DNA from: Lama glama
Lineage: Eukaryota
DNA length: 64,000 nt
NCBI GenBank assembly: GCA_028534125.1
Contig: CM052818.1
Span: forward strand, 20,400,001-20,464,000
Direction of reading: 5' to 3'
Part shown: positions 49,451 to 62,360 of the stretch, piece by piece
Layout of the letters: each line of letters begins with the position of its first letter
Numbering within the stretch: the stretch's first letter is position 1
The notes under the pieces: generated by a model
What the model saw: only the letters and a program-made list of their open reading frames with translations
Databases searched by the model: none
What the model was told of the DNA's origin: nothing
Made by a program: the position numbers and the translations under genes

Positions 49451-52400
49451 TTGCTTAATCATTGGAGGGTTGGAAAGTCTCAAGCTGAGGCCTCCGCATA
49501 CACTCAACTTCTAAATTTTTAGCCTCAAGATGATGACACTTGACTTTCTTCCATGAGACCATGGGAGCAAAGTTTCTCTCTTGTCAAAGAGAAACTTGAT
49601 TGTGAGATTGCTTAGCCTTGCTTGAATGTCAAAGAGCAAAGCTGTGCACTTACCTTCCTTGGTTGGGGGCTGCTAGTTCTTGTCCCACCCACCTTGGGCT
49701 GCAGGACATGAAGAGGGTGGGGCTGCAGCTGCCTGAACTGGTCCCCATCCCATGCCTGCATGTGGAAACAAAGCCACAGGAGAGCCACTGGCCAGTGCAG
49801 GGTCACTGGGCACCAGGCAGGGTCAGGACAAGAGGGCCCTCCCTCCATCCACCGCCTCCTTTCCCACCTAATGGACACACAAGCACTTGCCTAAATGGTG
49901 AGGACTTTGCACATGGGTTTGTTTACCTCTTTGGGGAGGTTCTCACATTTATTGCCTCTGCTTTCATTTGTCAGAATAGATCCCATGCACACTGTGACAA
50001 ATGTCTGCAGGCTGTTCACCGTGTGCTTTTCTCCAGCCCCCAGCCTACAGCCACAGAAGGCCTGGATTTAAAAAAAGAAAGGCGGCTCCCGACAACAGTC
50101 TGTATTCTCCTGGGCCACCTCCTTACTTTTCCAGGGATTTTTTTTTCTCCATGTAGCCCTCCCCACCCTCGATTTTCTCAGTATTCTCCAAAGCGTGAGC
50201 CCGACATCACTGGGCACCCCAAGGATGCTGGCTCACCCCAGGAAAGAAGGGCAGGAGGAGGGGCGTGGGCTCTCTCCCAGAGGAGAAGCCCTCAATTCAA
50301 GCCAAAAAACAAGGCATTAACAAGGAAAGGCAGCAGATCAAGTGAGACTGAGGGAGGAAGTCAAACACCTTCATAGACACAGGCTTTCCTGTGCTTTGTG
50401 TGACCAGGTAATTTGGAGATCTCATGCTCTGGGAAGGAAGAGGACCACTGAGGCCAAGCCCGTGCTGGAGGACCCCACCCAGCCTGCCCATACTGGGTCT
50501 CCTCAGCTGAACCGATGCTGACTGTCCACCCGCCTGCTTTCCCCTCCCAGATAGGTTGTCTGGACCACCTCATCCCATAAGCCCGAGGCGTCATCTTGCT
50601 CCCCTCCATCCACCCACCTCCCCTCTTTTCTCCCCACCTGATGTTCTTTTGTTTTCAATTAAACTAAAGTGAAACCAGCTGTTTCCGTATAACAATGTTG
50701 ATTTACATAAACCCCCTTATCAAGCCAGAACAGTCTGGCTCCAAGCCTAACTGTTCTGACATGCTCTCTGAGCGGCTGTTCGGCCCAGCTGTGACACTCT
50801 GGCCCTGCCACATCCTGCCAGCTCTCCCTGGTGATGCCTCTATGCCCCTGAAGCAGTGTATGCCCTCCATACACTTTAACCAGCTCCAACCCCTCCTCCC
50901 CAGCCCAGCCCGTGTTTCTAACCCACAGACACCTTCCTTGTGGCTTTGACCCACAATGACCCCACACACTGTCCGTGCCACCCCCTCTGGCATTCGTTTT
51001 CATCTGCCTGTGACATCTCTCAAACAGCTACCTTCTTTTCATCATAAACACTATACAAGATCCTTAAAGAAAACTGGACAAATTGAACAGGTACAGAAGA
51101 ATCATTCAAAACTCCACCATCCAAACACAACACTCTTCGTATCCTGAAGTTTTTCCTTCCGGGGCGCATGTGCGTGTTCAAAATCATAGATCACAGATGG
51201 ACTCTCTGAGGACCTGGCGTCTCCCTTCCCTCTCCATTGCTCCCTGCCAACCTCAGCCCCCTACCAGGCTCTAAGGTGCCTCAACTCTCCCCTCAGCCTT
51301 CGCCTGCCCACCATGGAGGACTCCAGCTGGCAATAAACCTGGCCCACAGGAAATAATTCCTATGAGTGTCTTGACTTTCCAGCTGGTGGACAGATTGGTT
51401 TACTACACACAACCATGAAAGCTTCAGGGATCTGAGATGAATTTGAATCATCTGGTTTTAAAGGAATGATAGAAACCTAAAAATGATTTATAGAGTGATT
51501 TTCTCTCGTCCAGTTGCACTTTATGGTCTGAACCCTCATTTGGTCCTTAATCCTATGTGGTCTTTTATGATTGTCATCTAAGTCTGCATGTTTGCACACA
51601 CCAGTCTTAATAACAACAGCAGCAATTTAATACAAGTACGAGTGCTTCTTGATTCTGGTCCTGTCATCCTCCACTGTCCTTGCAAAATGTTAGCTGAATA
51701 ATAGAGGCTTAATGGTCAAATGCGTGTTGTTGATAAACTTGATCACTGTACCAGTGTTTAACTAAAAATGAGTTACAATTTTGAAAAAGAGAGTAAAGCC
51801 CTGTTAGAAACTAGACATTAAGAGAGAAAGCTAAAGCTGTCCTTACAAACTTTCCACTCATGGTAGGGAAGGAAAGGTACCAACCCTCCCTTCCCACAGC
51901 TAGCATACGAAGTTTTATCTGCAGTAGTAAGTAGATTTGTGAATAACACACTCTGTAACGGGCTTTACTATGTTTTGCTATTATCTTCTTTTAAAAGTAT
52001 AGAGCAGCTAAGATTCTCTATTTGGCTAAAGAAATCCTCAATGTGAGAGGATGTAAAAATTGCTGAAATAGAACATTATTACTGCAGACTTCCCTTTCTC
52101 AAGTAAGGAATCTCCTCAATACAAATAGAAGAAAACTATCGCTCTCTTGCCCCAAGAACACCACCTCCTAGGTATCTTTAAAGGAAAAATAAGTAGCGAT
52201 AGACAAGGCCAACACAAAATCCACCAGATACCAGATCGGTCCTCTCTGTCTATTTGTCCTTCTCAACAAAAACATCTCTTCTCACGTGAGCCCCAAAGCA
52301 TTCCAGGCCCTCCAAGTTCTACCTTCTTTTCACAGTAAGTAGTGAGCTCCCTCAGACAAACTCAGAGATTGTCCCTACTTTTCCTGGCTGATGACAATTC

Positions 52401-54198
52401 TGTTCCCAGAGGGTACACACGCTGCAGAAGTCACTACCAGGGGGGTGGGGTGGACATCCCCTTCTGAGTTTTCTCACATTCTTGAGTTCACACACAGTTC
52501 TTGCCATTTCCTTCTTGAGACGAACCAAGGTCACACATAATTGAGTCACACCAAAACAAGGCCATGCCTTGGCCCCACCAGCACCACCCTCTACTGAGCT
52601 CACAGGGAAACGTGGAAGAGATTATGTGGGTTTGGTAGAATTTAGGGGAGGCTTGAAACCTACATCCACCCCCTAGGAGGTTCAAATACCTTTCATTTGT
52701 CCTTTGTTCACTCTTCAGGTAGAAAGTACTTGTGCCTAGAAAGGCCCCCAGGGAATCTCACTCTCTGATGATGAGGGGCCAAGTTCTCCAAGGTTCGCTG
52801 GAGCTTTAGTGAATTCTAAAATGCTCCCATGAAAGAGCCAGTTCCCCATCTTATTAATATTTAAAATCTTCCTTCTTGCAAATTCATGCCATGGATCTTA
52901 AAGATGGGCTTAGAGGCCAACAACAGATGTGCTGGCTGAACCCTTTTTGAAAAATCTAATTATTCTTAAAACAAAATAAAACCAAAAAATGAAGACTCAT
53001 GTCCTACTCCTCCAAGACTTTCAATTATTTTGTACAAAACTTCAAGGGTAAGGAAAGAACAACAGTCTCTTCAGTCTAAAACACACTATGGAAAATCCTA
53101 GCAAAAGGATACTTTTTTCCTGGGGCTGATAATAAGGGAAAATAGAAATCTGAGGAGGGAAGCCCAAGAAAGGGTTCTCTATTGGGTTTGCATGTGTGAG
53201 CCCCAAGAGTTGGGTGCTTCTGGAAAGCTATGCATAGTATTCATTCCTTCCTATGTATGCCAAGCCAATAAAAGCAACACTTGATTAATTTGCCATCAAT
53301 GAAACACCCGGTGGACTCTAAAAAAATTCCTAATCTGATTATGGCTCATTGACTTTAACATGCAATGTTTGCTGTTGGAGAGTCATATACCCTCCTCCTG
53401 GTTATTGCTAAAACCAGAACTTTGTAAAGTGGGTCACTCAGCCAAGTAGCCTAACTTACAAAGGAGGAAGCCCAGGACCAGAGAGACGAGGTGGCTTAGT
53501 CCAGGGTCACATCACCGGTTCTAACAGAAGCAGAACTCCTTGCTCACGGTACTGTTTACACTGTATTCAGTGAACTGTGTTTCTTCCTTTGACAAGAGTA
53601 GTTCAGAGATGCTGAAGTAGGATGAGGAGGAGGGTTGCTACCATTACCGATGAGGGATGATTTAAGACCCTGGAATTGCTCCGCTAGAGAAAAAGAAAGC
53701 TTTAAGAGAAAGAAGCCTCTCTAGTCTCTGGAGGGCTGTCAGTGTGGAAGGCACGACAGATGTGCTCTGTAGAGCTCCAGGGGATTGACCAAAACCTGCA
53801 AGAGTGAAAGCTACAGGCAAGCCAGGGTTTGGATCAGCCCCCAGGAGAAATTTCTAATGAGAAAGCGCATCCCACAAGGCCTGAGCTGCGTGCTGTTTTG
53901 TGCAGAATCATGCTAACAAATCAGGCTCCTCGTACATGTGCCTGGTGTGAATAGTGAGAGAATGCTGGCACCCAGAGACTTGATTGTCACCTGCTAGAAA
54001 TAATTTTAAAAGGAATCCTCTTTGGTGTGGGCATTTGAACCAGACCAGCAGATCTTAAACATGGCTGATGGCTGGAATCTTTGGGAATACTTTTAAATAC
54101 AAATTACTGAAACTGATGGGAAATTGGCCTGGAAATAGGTAATTTAAAAAATTCTATGATTTCAATGATTCTATATATAGGGAACCATTGAAATGGAT

Positions 54199-54422
54199 CA
54201 GTGGCTCTCATACTTTTTGACAGTGACTCATGGCATGGAAATCATCTTTGCATAGAAACTCAAGATACACACATGTACATAACTGAGACTGAAGTTTTAC
54301 ACAATTGTCACCCCTACTGCATGCAATGCACTTTGGTATCTTCTATTTCTTTCTGCATATTTTTTTAAAATGTTGGTTGAGGCCCAATGAATTCATTTCA
54401 CCACCAACTCATGGAAACACTG
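54199..54422 (+). mobile_element. hAT-Charlie MITE (MER119/MER106-like; subfamily uncertain)
   Basis: Ends cagtggctctca...aaacactg; internal ctttttgac, aaaatgttggtt, atttcaccaccaact. Confidence 0.5.
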
Positions 54423-55127
54423 CACTACATAACCGCCAAGAAACAGAAAGTAAAGGTGAGAAAAAGAGAGTGGGTTTAGATTCCACAGCCATGGGTTTAG
54501 ATTCTCTTGGCATTTGGCATGTGGTCTGGTTGTTTTAGGTACAGGTGAGAAGGGAGCAAACAGAAGTTTGAGAGAGTGCTTTTCAAAAAACAAGTATTCG
54601 AAGAGGTGGTTGTTGTAATTTAAAAACATCACAGGTAGGCAGTTACTGAATCCTTCAGAAGCAAAACATCTGAGCAAATCTCCATGCACATGAGTTATCT
54701 TCCCTTGGAGGGCTTTGGAGAGGTAGCAAAGATCAGACTAATCTATGCAGCTTAATTATGCTAGCAATTGAAAGGGTGTTTTCTTTTGCATCTGCATTAT
54801 TATTTGAAGAAAATGGCCGTTAATTAAAAATGTAGCAAAGCTTGCCCAGAACCCAGTGTGCACCATCATCCTATGGTGAAGGAGGCCACTGTGGCCCAGG
54901 CTAGGTGGAAGGGCTTAGGGGCCAGTGGATACCATTCACAGGGAAGGTGAGCTTTTCAGGGTCAGCAGAATATACACAGATGCCTTGCACCACTCAGAGA
55001 AAGGGGGAAGTTGCATGCCTCTCCTACCCATTTCTCTCCTTTTAAGTCAACCTCATAATTCAGGTCCTCCTTACCAGATACTCAGGAGTACTAAGATCTG
55101 GTGTAGGGGAAAGCCCAGAGCAGCACA

Positions 55128-55272
55128 TGGCATCTCACACTTCAATGTGCATGTGCATCACTTGGATCTGGTTAAGATGAAGATTCTGGGTGGGATCTGA
55201 GAATCTGCATTTCTAACCAGGCCCCAGGTGATGCCCATGTTACCAGCCCCTCGACCACACTTTGAGTAGCAA
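55128..55272 (+). mobile_element. MER5A1-like hAT MITE
   Basis: acttcaatgtgcat...atcacttggatctggttaa...gattctgggtgggatctgagaatctgcatttctaac...cccaggtgatg...gaccacactttgagtagc. Confidence 0.75.
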
Positions 55273-55519
55273 AGATTTATATTTTGGAGCCAAAATTCCT
55301 GGTATGTGAATTCCCACTCTGCCACTTTCTCTTTTGCAACACCTTTGGAAATATTTTTAATAATAACCTTTATTGGGGTGGAGTGGGGGTCTCTGTTTAT
55401 TATAGTAATGTAGAAAAGGGCAAATTATTTCATCTCTCTGAACTCATCTCCTCTGTAAACATAAAATAACAATCGCCACCTTCGTAGTGGAGATACTAAA
55501 GCTCTCACCCATGCGCTCT

Positions 55520-56230
55520 CCTCCCTGACAGTCCTGACAGTGGGGTCTCCCTGCACTTTCCACTCTTTCACTGCCCCTCTTTTCTAGGGCACTCTGGCCT
55601 CTGCCTTTGACTTTCCCTTGCAACTGCTCTCCCCAAGGACACCAGGATCCCATCTGGCTGCTGTTCCATTTTCATGGTCATCACTCTTAAATATGTGAAA
55701 CTGTTAACTACCTCCTTCGTTCTTAAAATGCTCTTTGGTCTGGGGACCAGTACCCACCCAACTCTACCATCTCACACCGGCTCCTCTGGTCAATCTTTGC
55801 CCATGCTGTGCACCTGGGGCTTCCTCAGGCTCTGTCCTTGGCTGAGCTTCCTGTCTGATTCTTTCTATACACACTTCCCAGACCACCATGGCATCCAGTC
55901 CTCCAAATATTAATCCCCAAGTGGAGAAACTACAGCACAGAGATCTCCTCCCAGCTCCAGACCTAGAGACCCACCTGCCCTCTGGTTATGATGTCTCCAA
56001 GACATAGCCAACTCTATATATGTTCAAACAGAACTTGTCACTTTTTCTAGTGTTCCCAGAGGTAGCCCCTACCATCCACCCATCTATTAGCTATTCCAGG
56101 CCTTCTGGCATTTATCATCCATCTGGCTTGCAGCATTATTTTTGAACTCACATTTGGATTTATTATCTCCTAAATCATTACGCAGTAAACGCCTTAGTAC
56201 CCTCATAGCACCTAGCACGATACTGTACGC
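55520..56230 (+). mobile_element. L2 LINE fragments
   Basis: Degenerate L2-like blocks (ctctcctcccagctccagacc, gatgtctc...caactc...gttcaaacagaac, cacctagcacgat). Confidence 0.45.
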
Positions 56231-59089
56231 ATATTTATAATTTAAGTCACCAAGTTATTTCAGGAACCAGAACGTGAATTACACTTTGCTCCACATGCAG
56301 GCAAAACTGCATTCATTAACAGCTCTTGGCACTGTTAATGGTTTCTACCCAGGAAAAAAAGTACTAGGCTCCATTAAGTTTGTAGGCCACAAATTAAATC
56401 TCCACAAATTCTGCATCAGAAAAAAGACAGGGGAGGGATCCTTGTTTTTCTAGGACTTGAGGAAGAGACACTCAAGTTTCTCTGGCTGGTGTTATCACAA
56501 GAGTCCTAGAACCATCATGGATGAGAGATACACACTGTATTGCACTATAACACATCTATTTATACATTTGGCTCCTCTCTCTGACTGTACACAAAACACC
56601 TGGATGGCAGGGGCAATGTCTGCAGGCTACATCCCCCGAAAGCCTAGGACTGTGCTCAATGTGTCAGAGCTGTCTGAGTGACTGAGTGAGGAAATGGATA
56701 GGTAGATGGATAAACTGGTCTACAGATGCTGAAGTGGGTCTTTGAGCCACAAGTCCTGAAAACCGGGGCTAGAGAGATTAGGCTGGGCCTCAAAGACTTC
56801 AGATGATTCCCATCTGAGAGCTGCTTAATCTAAGGAACACCAGGATCCCAGTGTTCCACTGAGCAGAGTCTGGACCAGGGACCAAACCTCTTGCCTCACT
56901 GAATGAAAGGAACCACTTCTCAGCAGCACCTCCTTAGTGTCTGACTGTGCCTTCTCCTCACACACAGTGCTCACAGGCTCTGTCCTCCTACTCCCTGAAC
57001 CCAGGGGTCAGGGAAGACCTGTCCAGCTCCCTCATTAAGCGAAGTGGCTCCTGAGTGCCAATTCCATGCATTTCAACAATGCCACCATCTCACTGCTGTG
57101 TCCCCAGAGTGGCCCAGTGAGGTGTGGGCTTGACACTCATTCCAGGCTCTGGCATGGGTTTGTTGGTGGCCCTCAGGAGGCCTCCAAGGAAGTAAACATC
57201 CACATAGCCCCTTTCCAGATTCCTGAGCTAAATAAGCCTATTTTGTCATTTCCAAAGCCTTGAAGCTCACAGACTCTTCTTGTCAAAGCTCTTCCTTTGA
57301 AATCTACTCTGTGTTGGAAGCCTTCAAGTTCCATCTGGCTGAAGCCAGAGGCCAATAAGGGGTCCTGGTGCTCCAGTGGTGGTTTCTAGCAAGAGATGCT
57401 TCTAAGGTGCATTTCTGAGACCACTCAGTGCCAGCTGCAAAGCCTGTCTCTCACCGTCCCCAGGGAAGCTCCTTCCAGCCTCCTGAATTATTCCCACTGC
57501 CAGGAGCTGTCAGACACCTCCCTGACAAAGACTGAGACTCCCTCTGCAATCAGGGTCACCACCCACCAGGCAGGAGGGTACAAGGCAGAGCCCCATCCGC
57601 CATGCAACTGAAGCAGAGCAGGCCCAGGATGATGGCCATACTTGATGTCGCTTCTTTCCATGTCTTCCCTTATCCTGCTCACACCTGGGGTGCACTCAGA
57701 GGACAGTGCCGCTGCCCTGCCGCTGGGAGGCTCGGATTATGTGGCCCCCATCTGTCACTAGCTAGCTGTGTGGTTCTAGGCAGGACACTTACCTCTCATC
57801 TCATCTGACTTAGGATAACACCCTCCCTGCCTATCAGAGTATTATAAAGATCCAACAGGACTATGAAAGTACTTTGGAAAATGTTTGTTTTATTACCAGT
57901 ATTATTATTAATACTTCGACCAACATGTCCCCCTGGTAAGAAGCCTCTCTGGTGGAGAGAGAAAGCCCCAAAATGCTCCCTTAAACTCAGCTGCCAAAAG
58001 GTTTGGGCAGGATTCTCCTGGCTCCCAGGCAACCCCAAAATTCTCTATTTTTCTCTAGTTTGTCAATGCCCCTGTCTGTAACCACTGTACCACACTGTTT
58101 CCAGTCCAGGAAACCAGAGACATGAGCTGTCCAGTGATCCTTTGGCCTGGAGGATTCCTGGAGTCTCAGAAAATGGGACTGACAAGAGACTCCAAGTGGT
58201 CATCTAATTAATCTATCCTCTGCCTCCAGGCAAGGCTTACAAAGAACACTTCTGCAAAGTAATTTCTTATTTGGTCTCCAGGGTTTAGGGGAAACGAGAC
58301 CACATGCAGCCCAGGGGCTTGGCCTCCTGGAAGTGGAGAGTCACAGCCGCTCAGGCACATTTGGGATTCATTGACCCATTATCCTGAGAGACAGTCACGC
58401 TGTGTGTGCATAATGCAGCGCCCCTAGACAGGCAGAGCATCATCCAGCACCGTGCAGGTGCTGTTCACGCCACAGCCCACTTCCTCAGCGATTAGCTTCT
58501 TCAGTACTGGTAGGGAGAGCTGTGTAGTGGTGGGGCTGGGGAAGGCATTTAGAGGAAAAGACAGCTTTTTCTTGTTTGTTTTAAATGACCCAGATCTTAA
58601 TGTTGATTGATAAGCATTTTCCTTGGATTCTAGTCAGAGGCAATTTGAAACACCAGTGATCAGCATCTCTTGGGACAGTAAGACTGGAATGCCCAAGCCT
58701 TAAGTTTGAACCACGGTGCACAGATGTGAGCCGCCCACAGCCCAGCTCTCCAACATGGAAAATAATCCCCATCGGGAAAGAGCCGTTCCAGTTTTTCATT
58801 TTGTGATCAGCATCACTTCTCACTCTAGTTCCCATTCCCCGTCTCCCACTCCTCTTCCACACGGATGTGACCCTCAACAACTGCCCTCAGCACACACTCT
58901 CCACAGGCCCTCACACCACGTGGTTCGCCACTGGGCCAGGGGTTCAGCATGGGTCTCTGTCCAGCACCTCTCCGGGACTGCCCACAGCTCCCATCCTGCC
59001 TGCAGTTTCAACCCCAAGCCTCGGCTGTGTTCTTGCCCAGCCTCAGAACCTTCCTTCTGTCCCCTCCGCCCTCCTCTAATAGGTGGGAA

Positions 59090-59280
59090 GGAGAGGAAGG
59101 AACTCAGGTCCCCTGAGCACCTGTTTTGTGCTTCTTCAACACACACCATGTCGTGTAATGCTCATAACCACCTTCCTGAGGAAGAAGCAAGCAGCTAAGC
59201 TCTGAGATACTAAGAAACTCACCCAAACACCCCGAGCTGGTAAGTGGAAAAGTTAGGACCTGACCGCCGCCTGCCCAGGT
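59090..59280 (-). mobile_element. MIR SINE
   Basis: taatgctcataaccacc...aagctctgaga...aaactcacccaa...agctggtaagtgg. Confidence 0.5.
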
Positions 59281-60429
59281 GCACCAGGTACCCTCAGTTC
59301 CCCTCCCCATCACACGGTCTGAGCCCCCAGGCAGCACTAGAATTGAGAGAGCCTACCTGGCCCCAGTTTCAGGGCTCTCTAGACCCCTCACCACTGTTTC
59401 CTCCCACTTCCCAGTTGCTTCCAGCCTGGGACTATGCACACAGCTGGTGGTCAGGATTCCAGAACAACCAGTCTACAGTGACAATGGCCCTCAGAGACCA
59501 ATCTGTGGGGAGGCTCCCATTGTACGTGGTGACTTTTTTTTTTTTTTTAAAAACCCAGCAACTTAGCAGTGGCATTCCTAGAATCATTAACTACAAATGG
59601 GACTTAGAAGTGATTTTACTTATTAGGTGTTTTGTTTTGTTTTTTTAAGTACACTGCAGCGTGAGTTCAGGTGCCCTGCTCACACATTCCTGGGCACTCG
59701 GCTGACAGGCAGGGTTGGGGGGCAGGTTACTGGAAAGGGCCCTTTACAGAAGTGCCACTGTCACTTCTACCTTGCACATATGCAGAAGTGAGATTCCAGT
59801 TCTACTTGAGGGAGGAGGCATTAGACTGTCTCCATGGCAACTCTGAGTACCATGTGGAATAAGTGCCTAGAAGTTTGGGGAAAATTAAGTTGTGGTTGTC
59901 CAAGTGTTTGTCCTACCTTGTCATGGGCAGTGGCTTGGAATGCCTACCCAAAGGCACAGGTATGGTGACCCAGAGGGGACGTTCCAGGAATGACTCCAAC
60001 AAGCAGTGCATGACTGACCCTGGCCTGCATGACTTTTATAAATCCTTCCCTGTAGAAGGTTAACCTTGCCAGGAAAACTGACACCAAGCACAGTGTGCGT
60101 GTGTGAGCCGGAGGGGGCGGGGTACAGGCTGAATAATTTAAAACACATTTTCTAGCTTATTTCCCTATGGTTTTATTTGCTTTTGCTGATTTTGTTTGCT
60201 TTAGTTGCTATTTTAACACTTTTTAAACTTCAGAGCATTCTCAGCTATGTACTCTAGGAACAATATAACCAGTATCATTTCAGGAACAGTCCTAATACCC
60301 AGCTACAGGCTGGCCACACCTTAACAGTCTTCCTTGGTATAGAATCATGATGTCTGGGATGGGGCCAATTATGACCCACAGTATCACCAAGTCTACAGAA
60401 TTATCAGCATCACTATAATAAGATGTGCA

Positions 60430-60625
60430 CGCATCCCAGTTCTGTTACCCACTGCCCTGTGATCTTCAGCAAGCTCCTAAACCAATGTGAGCCCCAGTTT
60501 CCTGGGGACTAAGATCTTCTTTCATCTCATAATGGCAGTTTCAGTATCAAATGAGATAATGACTGTGAAAGTGTTTTGTAAAACATAATATAATCCACAA
60601 ATGGAAGGGAGTGGTATTATCATAT
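60430..60625 (+). mobile_element. MIR SINE
   Basis: atcccagttctg...ctgtgatcttcagcaag...tgagccccagtttcc...atcaaatgagataat...tgtgaaagtgttttgtaaa. Confidence 0.65.
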
Positions 60626-62144
60626 TAACAATTACAGGATTTAATGCAAAGAGTTTGCCTTACTAATGACAACATTAATTTTGGCAATATAGTTTGCTGT
60701 TTTTCTTCCCCAACCTTTTTCTAAGTTCAAAGACAGAAGCCTGCACGGCTGGCTGGCTTCAAGGTCAAAACTCAGTCATGCATTTTTGCGTGGCACATAG
60801 AGTGGCCAATCGATTGGACACAGAAATCAGAGTGCTAAGTAGAAAGCTGCCTGAACAGATGACTGCAGGGCTCAGAGGAAGGGGGAGGGAGGCACAAGCT
60901 TGCCAGTTGCCCTGCCGGCCTGCCTGCTCCCTTCTCTCCAGAGTTTTGCCACCCTGAAGGTCAGTCCTTTCCAGGCAAGCAGAGCAACGCTCGCTCAGAA
61001 AGGTCCTCCACTTTGCCCCAGTGGGACCTCATAAGCTTCATTCAGTCTTGCTCCCATCTGGCTGGTGTTGAGAAACCTGTGAGTGTGAGAAGGAACACAG
61101 AACCAGCGCAGAGGAGGGAGGGCTCTTGAAAGTAAAGACATCCAGACCAGGCCATGCACCCTCTAGACCTGCACATCTCAGACAAGGTCCGTGAACAGCA
61201 GCCTCAGCAAGACTGGGAGCTGGGCAGACACACACACAGCGCTGGCAGCCAGACCCTGGGTCAGAGTCTGTCTCGTAATGCGATGCCCTGATTACTCCAG
61301 CACAAATAATGTTTGAGAAGGCCCTGCTCTGGTACCCAAGAGCTAGGGAGTAGGGCAGTGGTGAGACACTTTGGTGGAGTGTTTGGTGAACTTCTCCCTT
61401 CTGCCTTAATCCTGATCAGCCGGTCAGGAGCAGGAGCCCCACGCAAGTCAGGCCGGTTTTCAGCAAGAAGCTGATGGGCTAGATTGGCCCCTTCAGAGGA
61501 CAGCTTTCTCCTCCTCTCCACCCAGGACAACCTGCGGGTCGGCCCTTTTGTGGAAACGCACCTTTCCAGTTCACTAGGCCTTGTCCAAGGGGCACAAGAG
61601 GCTAAAGCCATCACTTCCAGTCACACTCCCACAGCACTCAGAGCAGGCTGCACTCTGTGCCTCCAATCTGAGACCCTGGAGGCCTTCCCCTCCCTCCCTC
61701 CAGGCTGAGCAACTTCTGGGCCTGCATTGCCATCCTCCTCCCACCACCAGGGGCCTGGCTGCCTCTTCAGCACTTATTTCTACCCAATGCCTCAGAGTTG
61801 CTTTATAATCTATTCCCTTGTCCTCATCCTGTGCCTGGGGAGGGGCCCCTGCGGCCAATACCAAGACTGGGATACTGAGGGGAAATTGAGAGACATCAGG
61901 GCCACTACAATTCCCTCCCCTTCTGAAGGCTGTGTGGTCTAGTGCTCCCGTTCTTGGCTTCCCTCCCTGCCCATCAGACCTGCACTCTGGGGAACACATC
62001 CAACACTCTCCTTGTGCTTTTCTTCTATTCAAAATCAGGTGATGACCACCGACCCCCACCTTAGAGGTTTGGCAGGATAAAATGAAACAGAATTAAAGGA
62101 AATGAAACCTGGGAGGGACATTAGAAATCATTTTGAACAAGGTT

Positions 62145-62360
62145 TTATTTATTACTATAGATGTCAGGCACTGTTCTCAGCACTTTATAAATACTAACCT
62201 ATCTAATCAGCACAAGGCTATGAAGCAAACACTACTGGTGTACCCAGTTTATTAGGATGAGACCCAGGGACCCAGAGAGGCATGGAGTTTGCTCATGGTC
62301 ACCCAGGTGGGAAAGGGCCAGAGGGACACTGGGATGCCAGCTAGGCTCCAGGTCTGCTCT
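62145..62360 (-). mobile_element. MIR SINE
   Basis: tgtcaggcactgttctcagcacttta...atctaatcagcacaa...gatgagaccca...tttgctcatggtcac. Confidence 0.65.

Noticed and set aside
49618..50376. Longest ORF in the track (252 aa)
   Set aside because: Antisense to PRKCE, non-ATG (TTG) start, no recognisable domain; consistent with a chance ORF in GC-richer intron. A BLASTp or PhyloCSF hit would change this.
54471..54504. 13-bp direct repeat TGGGTTTAGATTC with 8-bp spacer
   Set aside because: Only two copies; best explained as a small local duplication with no functional evidence.
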